This document shows positions 58,543-64,000 of a stretch of DNA of 64,000 nt, piece after piece. The translations under genes and the position numbers were made by a program. The stretch is from Patescibacteria group bacterium (GTDB lineage: Bacteria; Patescibacteriota; JABMPQ01; JAHIRA01): the NCBI GenBank assembly GCA_018818205.1, contig JAHISJ010000026.1, forward strand, positions 29,994-93,993, read 5' to 3'. Below the pieces are notes generated by a model. That model ran no database searches, was not told the DNA's origin, and was given only the letters and a program-made list of their open reading frames with translations. Positions within the stretch are counted from its first letter, which is position 1; the number at the start of each line of letters is the position of its first letter.

Positions 58543-60693
58543 ATGGTTCATATTGTAAACAAAAAGTTAATACTCGGTGAACAAAAAAACACGAAGGCTT
58601 TTTCTACGTGTCTTGAACTTACTGAATCGAGTCTTGAGAAGAGGCTTGGCCTTTCGTACCTTATTTTGGAAGCGCATGTTGAACCTGAGACTGCAGAAAA
58701 AATAACCGACATTCTAAGGGACGTGTTCCAAAACGAGTATTACAAGAAGGATTCCCATGCAAACACAATAGGCAACGTATCCATTGGGTCAATGTTTGAG
58801 CATGCAATTTCCAGGGTCAATAAAGCCCTACACGCTCTCCTCGCAGAAGGCTACCTAAAAGCTGATACTACATTAAATGCATGTATTATCGGAATAAAGA
58901 ATACAGAGATACACTTGGTGTCTACCGGAAAGGCAAAAGCATATCTGATCAGAAATGACTCAATGCTTGAACTCACAGAAGAAGATACAAAGATGTCAGG
59001 TAAAAAATATTTTTCGCATATTATTAGTGGTGCTGTAGAAATTGGTGACGTTTTGTTCTTTTCTACGCCAGAATTTTTGAATTTTGTTTCTACGGAAAAA
59101 ATAAAACGTACGCTAAAAACAAAAACACTCGATGAAGCCAGAGAAGAGCTTAAAGAACTCATTGAAGACACTGACTTTTCTGCACCAATCGCAAGTCTGT
59201 TTCTTGAAGTAAAATCAAACATCAAGCCCGTGAGTGAAGCAAAACAAACACCTTTTCTCCCTCCAGAAAGAGAGAAACAGAAGCCATACACGTATCCATC
59301 ACTAGGTGATGATAAAGCGAGTACGAATGATTTGCCAGAGCATGAACACGCAAAAGATGGGAAAGACCCGTTGGCAGCTGCAAAAAAGTCTGCATCTATT
59401 ATCACCGCAAAGATTAAAGATACTTTTTCTCTTAAACCATCAAAAAAAAGATCTGTAGAGACAGGTTTGAAACCCGTCTCTACAGATCTCTCAACCAAAA
59501 AGTACACCGACCCTGCTACTGGCACAGAGCCTGCCTCCCCTGCCAAAAAAATTGCGAGTGGTGTTGCAAAAAAAGCAACAAGCTTTCTCCCAGACAGAAA
59601 CAAACAAAAAACGTATATTTTTCTGGCGATTGTTCTGATCATCATATTTCTTGTAGCAGTTACATACTTTATATTTGCAAGAAAAGAAAAGAGTCAGACT
59701 GAAATTCAAACAAACTATATTTCTGAAATTCAAGAAAAAGAAAAAAAGGCTGCCGACGCAATTATCTACAGAGATTATGACCAAGCAGAAAAACTCTTAA
59801 ACGACGCAACTGAAATAATCAACACTCAGTTAGACGAAGAACAAAAAATATCGAGTGAAATCAAATCACTCGAATCAAAAATCAGTGAACACTACGACAC
59901 TGTTAATAGAATCCAGAGAATAACACCGGAAAAGGTTGCTTCATTTGGTGGCAATGCATATGAGACACTCATGGGTTCAAAGGATACACTCTATTCCTCC
60001 TCAAACAAAGATATAGGAGTATACAGATTTATCCCCGAATCTAAAAAATTTGAAGAGTTTAGTCAGAAGGTTGAAGGCATAACTAAACTTGCGCTTGGAA
60101 CGTTTAATGACCAAAAAAATACGGTCGTTTTCTTGACACCAAATGGAATAGCAGAAATGGCAGTATTCTCACGGCACCTCAAAAAGCTTGCCTCTGAGTT
60201 TCCGGAAAGCAACCACAACTTCGTTGATATGGCCGTTTACTCGGATAAAATTTATCTGCTTGATACTGCGAACAATCAGATATATAGGATGGTGAGAACC
60301 GTTGATGGCTACAGCGTTGCAAAGGAATGGGTTACTGACGAATCAGTATCACTGCAAGACGCAACCTCGCTTGCAATCGACTCAAATGTCTATGTTCTCA
60401 AGAAAAACGGTACAATCCTAAAGTTTCTAAGCGGCCAAGTAGAACCATTTACTATGGATGAGCTTCAAAGTCCGCTATCAGAAGATACGGTACTCTTTAC
60501 CTCGTCTGATGTAGAAAATTTGTACATACTTGATAAAGAACATAACACAGTTATTGAGATCACTAAGAAAGGAAAGGTGGTAAACCAGTTTGTCATGTCA
60601 CTTGATTCAACGCCTAAAGACATCTATGTTGATCCTGATTCCAAGAAAATATACGTCTTGACCGAAGACGGCCTCTACACAGTATCCAAATAA
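58543..60693 (+). CDS. Membrane protein with a PP2C-like N-terminal domain and a C-terminal beta-propeller
   Basis: FEHAI..VN, G...AYLIR, ISG....GD; single TM near aa 360-380; IYLLD.ANNQIY and LAID.NVYVL repeats. Confidence 0.7.
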   Translation: MVHIVNKKLILGEQKNTKAFSTCLELTESSLEKRLGLSYLILEAHVEPETAEKITDILRDVFQNEYYKKDSHANTIGNVSIGSMFEHAISRVNKALHALLAEGYLKADTTLNACIIGIKNTEIHLVSTGKAKAYLIRNDSMLELTEEDTKMSGKKYFSHIISGAVEIGDVLFFSTPEFLNFVSTEKIKRTLKTKTLDEAREELKELIEDTDFSAPIASLFLEVKSNIKPVSEAKQTPFLPPEREKQKPYTYPSLGDDKASTNDLPEHEHAKDGKDPLAAAKKSASIITAKIKDTFSLKPSKKRSVETGLKPVSTDLSTKKYTDPATGTEPASPAKKIASGVAKKATSFLPDRNKQKTYIFLAIVLIIIFLVAVTYFIFARKEKSQTEIQTNYISEIQEKEKKAADAIIYRDYDQAEKLLNDATEIINTQLDEEQKISSEIKSLESKISEHYDTVNRIQRITPEKVASFGGNAYETLMGSKDTLYSSSNKDIGVYRFIPESKKFEEFSQKVEGITKLALGTFNDQKNTVVFLTPNGIAEMAVFSRHLKKLASEFPESNHNFVDMAVYSDKIYLLDTANNQIYRMVRTVDGYSVAKEWVTDESVSLQDATSLAIDSNVYVLKKNGTILKFLSGQVEPFTMDELQSPLSEDTVLFTSSDVENLYILDKEHNTVIEITKKGKVVNQFVMSLDSTPKDIYVDPDSKKIYVLTEDGLYTVSK
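59449..59489. repeat. REP-like palindrome embedded in-frame in a CDS
   Basis: AGATCTGTAGAGAC-AGGTTTGAAACCC-GTCTCTACAGATCT; related to the intergenic copy at 41587-41613. Confidence 0.85.
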
Positions 60694-60702
60694 TTTTCCC
60701 GC

Positions 60703-60735
60703 AAAAAAAGCCGCTTATTGATAAGCGACTTTTTT
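60703..60735. terminator. Bidirectional terminator
   Basis: AAAAAAAGCCGCTTAT-TG-ATAAGCGACTTTTTT. Confidence 0.75.
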
Positions 60736-60747
60736 GTAGTATTCGTT

Positions 60748-63700
60748 TTAGTAGATGTATCTACATGCTCTGTTTGAGATACTTGATGTGTTCCCTGCTA
60801 CATCCTTTGCTTCAATACCGAAGCAGTAGACTTTGACCGGGTCATACCCTGCATGAACCTCAATATAGTCATCGTATCCGTCGTTGTCTGAATCAGCGTT
60901 CCCAGGATTGGTACCATAAATGTATCGCTCCTCATAGTCGGTTAGCTTATCGTGGTCATAGTCATAGAGATTACTGCGGGGATTTGCATCTCTTGGATCG
61001 TATTTGTTGTCTTTTTCTACGTTATCGTTAAACGAATCACCATCAGTATCAGGATTGGTTGGATCAAGACCATGACGCTCTTCCCATTTATCAAGCAAGG
61101 TATCGTTATCTTGATCCGGTCTATATGGATACGGAAAGAGCGGAGAAAAGTTATGGTATGTCTCGGTTGCATCGTGAAAGGAATCTCCATCAGTATCTTG
61201 GTTTACCGGGCTTGATCCCCATAAAAACAGTTCCATATAGTCGGTGAGACCATCATCATCATAGTCGACTTTTCTTCCTGCAGTTCCAGAAGCATTAACG
61301 GGCATAGTGAGACTTTCTTTGGTTCCCGGTGTTCCCGGCGTAAGCGTATATTTAATACGTGTTCCCTTGTCCCAGTTACCCTCGGTCAAATAAGAATGGA
61401 GATATCTAATATCATACTCTGTTGCAGCTCCACCGCTTGTTGATGGTGCAGTCCACGTAAGTTCAACAGTGCTTGCTTTTACATTCCAATGAGCAATGGA
61501 AAGATCATTGATTTGTCCAGGCGCACCGGTTCCTGCTGCTACAACATTTGTGTACGCATCGTATCCAGAAGGAGCTGCCTCACTGTGACCAACGTTATCA
61601 AGAGCGATGCTGTAAAATTGATACAGTCCATCACCACCAACTGTCGAGGAATTAAAGCTAATCGGAGATGAAGTAAAAAGCCCATCAGCGTGTGCCGGAT
61701 CAGTGTATTTAGTAAATGAACCGGTGACTCCTTTTCTAAAGTAAAGTTCTACTCCTTTAAGTCCGCTTGGTCCGGCGGAAGCACTGTAAAAGACATCAAA
61801 GCTTGCAGTTTTTGTTGTTTCCGGAAGACTGTTTACTGAAGAAGTAAGTTGACCGCCACTTCCCAAATCAACATTTACCGTAAATGAAACGCCATCACTC
61901 TCAAGATCCATTTGGTTAGCCGTTCTCACTGATACAGAATAGGATCCAGAAGTGCCAAAACTTGAGGGAGTGATTTCATACGTGCTGCGTTCACCATTCG
62001 TATTTGTACAATTTGGTGCATTGCAATTGTAGTCGAGGTTATTGTCTTCGCCTTTTATCGCATCATCAACATACACACGCATCATTTTTCCCGCATCTGC
62101 GTTGTTAACACCGGTGATCCCGGTAATAGTAGGAGTACTTGTATTAACACTAACTGATCCTCCCTGAGTAACTTGGGTACCTTCAACAAAAACTTCTGCG
62201 GGATTGTTCTGAGGTTTTTGAATGTCAGCTCCACCATATGCGCCAATATCACCTCGTACCCCGCCTCTACCTGGTGGACGGTATTTATCTTCAAAACTAG
62301 GATTGGGTTGAGATTTATCTACAGAAGGACTGGTTCCAACACCATACCCATCAGCGAGACTTTGCAGTGCATATGCAGGCGTAAGTGCAGTTGTATTGTC
62401 TTTAAGATAAAGTGGATTAAATGAAATATCACCAGTGCCTTGGGTCCATCCGGAGTAATTTGCTCCATTGTTCCAGATGTTGTTGTACCCGGCAGTCGCC
62501 GCGGCACCGGTGGTCAAAACACCACTACCAGTATTTTTGGTTATTTGGTTTGAAGTAATGCTTACTGTAGTAAACGTTGCCGTATCAATACCATTTCCCC
62601 CATTTTGATCAATGATATTGCTTGCAATTGTCGGCGCAGATGGACACGCCGCAGCTGCTACAAGATAGCCATCATTTGTATTCTTGGTAATTAAATTATA
62701 TGTTGTAGAAACACTCGACGTACACGCAAATTCCCAAACACCGATGTTATTTGAATCAATAGCATTGCCTTTTATATCAACCGACCACCCAAGTCCTGTT
62801 TTGATTCCAGCAAGCGCATTCGAGTTAATATAGTTATCGGTTACAGTAAGTGTGCCCGTTGCAGCGGCAAGTAAAATACCGTTTTGGCCAGCATTAATGA
62901 TTCTATTGCCTATAATAGTAGCCGTTCCTCCAACCTGGAAATTGATGTTTTCGAGTGCATTGTATTGAATGGTATTTCCCGAAACATACATGCCACTTAC
63001 TGTATTGGTGCTCACATAAATGCCACTCCCCGTAAGAGGACTTGAAATATCACCAATGGTATTGTCTATAATTATTGGCGCACCACCATCAACTTCAATA
63101 CCATACGTTTGTGTTGGCCCTCTAAACGTGTTTTTAAAAACATGCGCCTGAGAAAGATGAAGAAATATTCCAGATGTGTTGTTTGAGTAAAATTCGTTAC
63201 TATAAATAATCCCTTTTGTCGAATCATGCGTTATTCCCGTTGTCGTATTTGAATAAAATCGATTATTAAATATCTGAATGCCATCTCCCGCAGAAGAACT
63301 TTGGACACCGGAATTTCCGTTGGTATGAAAAACATTACCAGAAATCACCGGAGCAGCGCCATTGTTGTTATATATACCATCTTGGCTGTTACCAGTAAAT
63401 GTACAATTTGTTATTTGAGGTGATGTTCCTGAATTATAGATTCCAAAAAATGCACCTTGAACTGTAAATCCGGAGAATAGCACATTGTCTGATCCGGTTA
63501 CCTTTTCATTATTTGGTCCAATGGATGGACCCGAGACTAAGGTAGTCCCCGCTCCCTCACCAATAACATCAACATTTGGCTTAAGAGTAAGCCGTTCTAA
63601 ATAGGTTCCTGCTTTTACATTTACCGTTCCTCCACCTTGACTCTCAACATAATTAATGGCAGCCTGAATCTCAGTGTAATCACATCCTGAAGGTTTACAC

Positions 63701-63822
63701 ACAGAGACACTGGTTGCACTCACCGTATCTTTGACCAAAGAATGGCTTCCAAAACTAACATAGAAGACCATAACTAGGGCCAGAAATAGCGCAAAAAATT
63801 TGTTTATTTTCTTTCTTGACAT
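60748..63822 (-). CDS. Secreted right-handed beta-helix protein with FN3 and DxDxDG Ca-binding repeats
   Basis: Signal peptide; DY..IQAAI, V.AGTY.E; many N...GI repeats; VELTWTAP; repeated DTDGD..D..E. Confidence 0.82.
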   Translation of the reverse strand: MSRKKINKFFALFLALVMVFYVSFGSHSLVKDTVSATSVSVCKPSGCDYTEIQAAINYVESQGGGTVNVKAGTYLERLTLKPNVDVIGEGAGTTLVSGPSIGPNNEKVTGSDNVLFSGFTVQGAFFGIYNSGTSPQITNCTFTGNSQDGIYNNNGAAPVISGNVFHTNGNSGVQSSSAGDGIQIFNNRFYSNTTTGITHDSTKGIIYSNEFYSNNTSGIFLHLSQAHVFKNTFRGPTQTYGIEVDGGAPIIIDNTIGDISSPLTGSGIYVSTNTVSGMYVSGNTIQYNALENINFQVGGTATIIGNRIINAGQNGILLAAATGTLTVTDNYINSNALAGIKTGLGWSVDIKGNAIDSNNIGVWEFACTSSVSTTYNLITKNTNDGYLVAAAACPSAPTIASNIIDQNGGNGIDTATFTTVSITSNQITKNTGSGVLTTGAAATAGYNNIWNNGANYSGWTQGTGDISFNPLYLKDNTTALTPAYALQSLADGYGVGTSPSVDKSQPNPSFEDKYRPPGRGGVRGDIGAYGGADIQKPQNNPAEVFVEGTQVTQGGSVSVNTSTPTITGITGVNNADAGKMMRVYVDDAIKGEDNNLDYNCNAPNCTNTNGERSTYEITPSSFGTSGSYSVSVRTANQMDLESDGVSFTVNVDLGSGGQLTSSVNSLPETTKTASFDVFYSASAGPSGLKGVELYFRKGVTGSFTKYTDPAHADGLFTSSPISFNSSTVGGDGLYQFYSIALDNVGHSEAAPSGYDAYTNVVAAGTGAPGQINDLSIAHWNVKASTVELTWTAPSTSGGAATEYDIRYLHSYLTEGNWDKGTRIKYTLTPGTPGTKESLTMPVNASGTAGRKVDYDDDGLTDYMELFLWGSSPVNQDTDGDSFHDATETYHNFSPLFPYPYRPDQDNDTLLDKWEERHGLDPTNPDTDGDSFNDNVEKDNKYDPRDANPRSNLYDYDHDKLTDYEERYIYGTNPGNADSDNDGYDDYIEVHAGYDPVKVYCFGIEAKDVAGNTSSISNRACRYIY

Positions 63823-63910
63823 GCAAATTGTTGTTTGTTTTATCTAGACACTCTGTTCACTACGGTAATTATAGCAAATATTCTGTCAAGTGTCAATGTA
63901 AGCTATACAC

Positions 63911-63938
63911 AAAAGGGACCCCATATAGGGTCCCTTTT
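63911..63938 (-). terminator. Terminator downstream of rplL
   Basis: AAAAGGGACCC-CATATA-GGGTCCCTTTT. Confidence 0.8.
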
Positions 63939-63957
63939 ACTACAATCTGGATAGTGC

Positions 63958-64000
63958 TTATTTAAGCGTAACAGTTGCGCCTGCTTCTTCAAGCTTCTTT
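63958..64000 (-). CDS. rplL: 50S ribosomal protein L7/L12, C-terminal end (runs off the window end)
   Basis: Manual translation ...KKLEEAGATVTLK*. Confidence 0.85.
   Translation of the reverse strand, partial: KKLEEAGATVTLK

Noticed and set aside
58851-59645. 264-aa minus-strand ORF
   Set aside because: Entirely antisense to the 716-aa gene; a shadow ORF

Overview
The window looks like chromosomal DNA from a Patescibacteria (CPR) bacterium, inferred from gene content: short AlaRS, FtsA-like plus baseplate-J-like pair, PEGA protein, sigma4/HARE-HTH protein, TrwB/VirD4-like ATPase with membrane partner, and many core genes without a Shine-Dalgarno (SD). Core content: recR, rplU, a glycosyltransferase cluster, rnpB, mreB, murA, infA-rpmJ-rpsM-rpsK-rpoA-rplQ-rplM-rpsI, alaS, mnmA, mtaB, tRNA-Lys, CIRCE-hrcA-grpE-dnaK-dnaJ, tRNA-Glu, mraZ-rsmH-ftsL-ftsI-murF, large surface proteins and the end of rplL. 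Four signals stand out. (1) A ~750-nt, densely base-paired RNA-like unit at 47586-48339 has a consensus promoter, a terminator and a perfect four-way junction, and is the last cassette of a small island of self-contained orphan genes. (2) A 96-bp palindromic element is inserted in-frame in both rpsK and the baseplate-J-like gene. (3) A dispersed class of orphan genes has consensus promoters and strong AGGAG(G) SD sites, unlike many core genes, and includes lipoproteins, Cys-rich proteins and a beta-barrel-like protein. (4) A 6S-like rod-shaped RNA lies between ftsL and ftsI. All calls come from manual reading; no database search or folding program was run.
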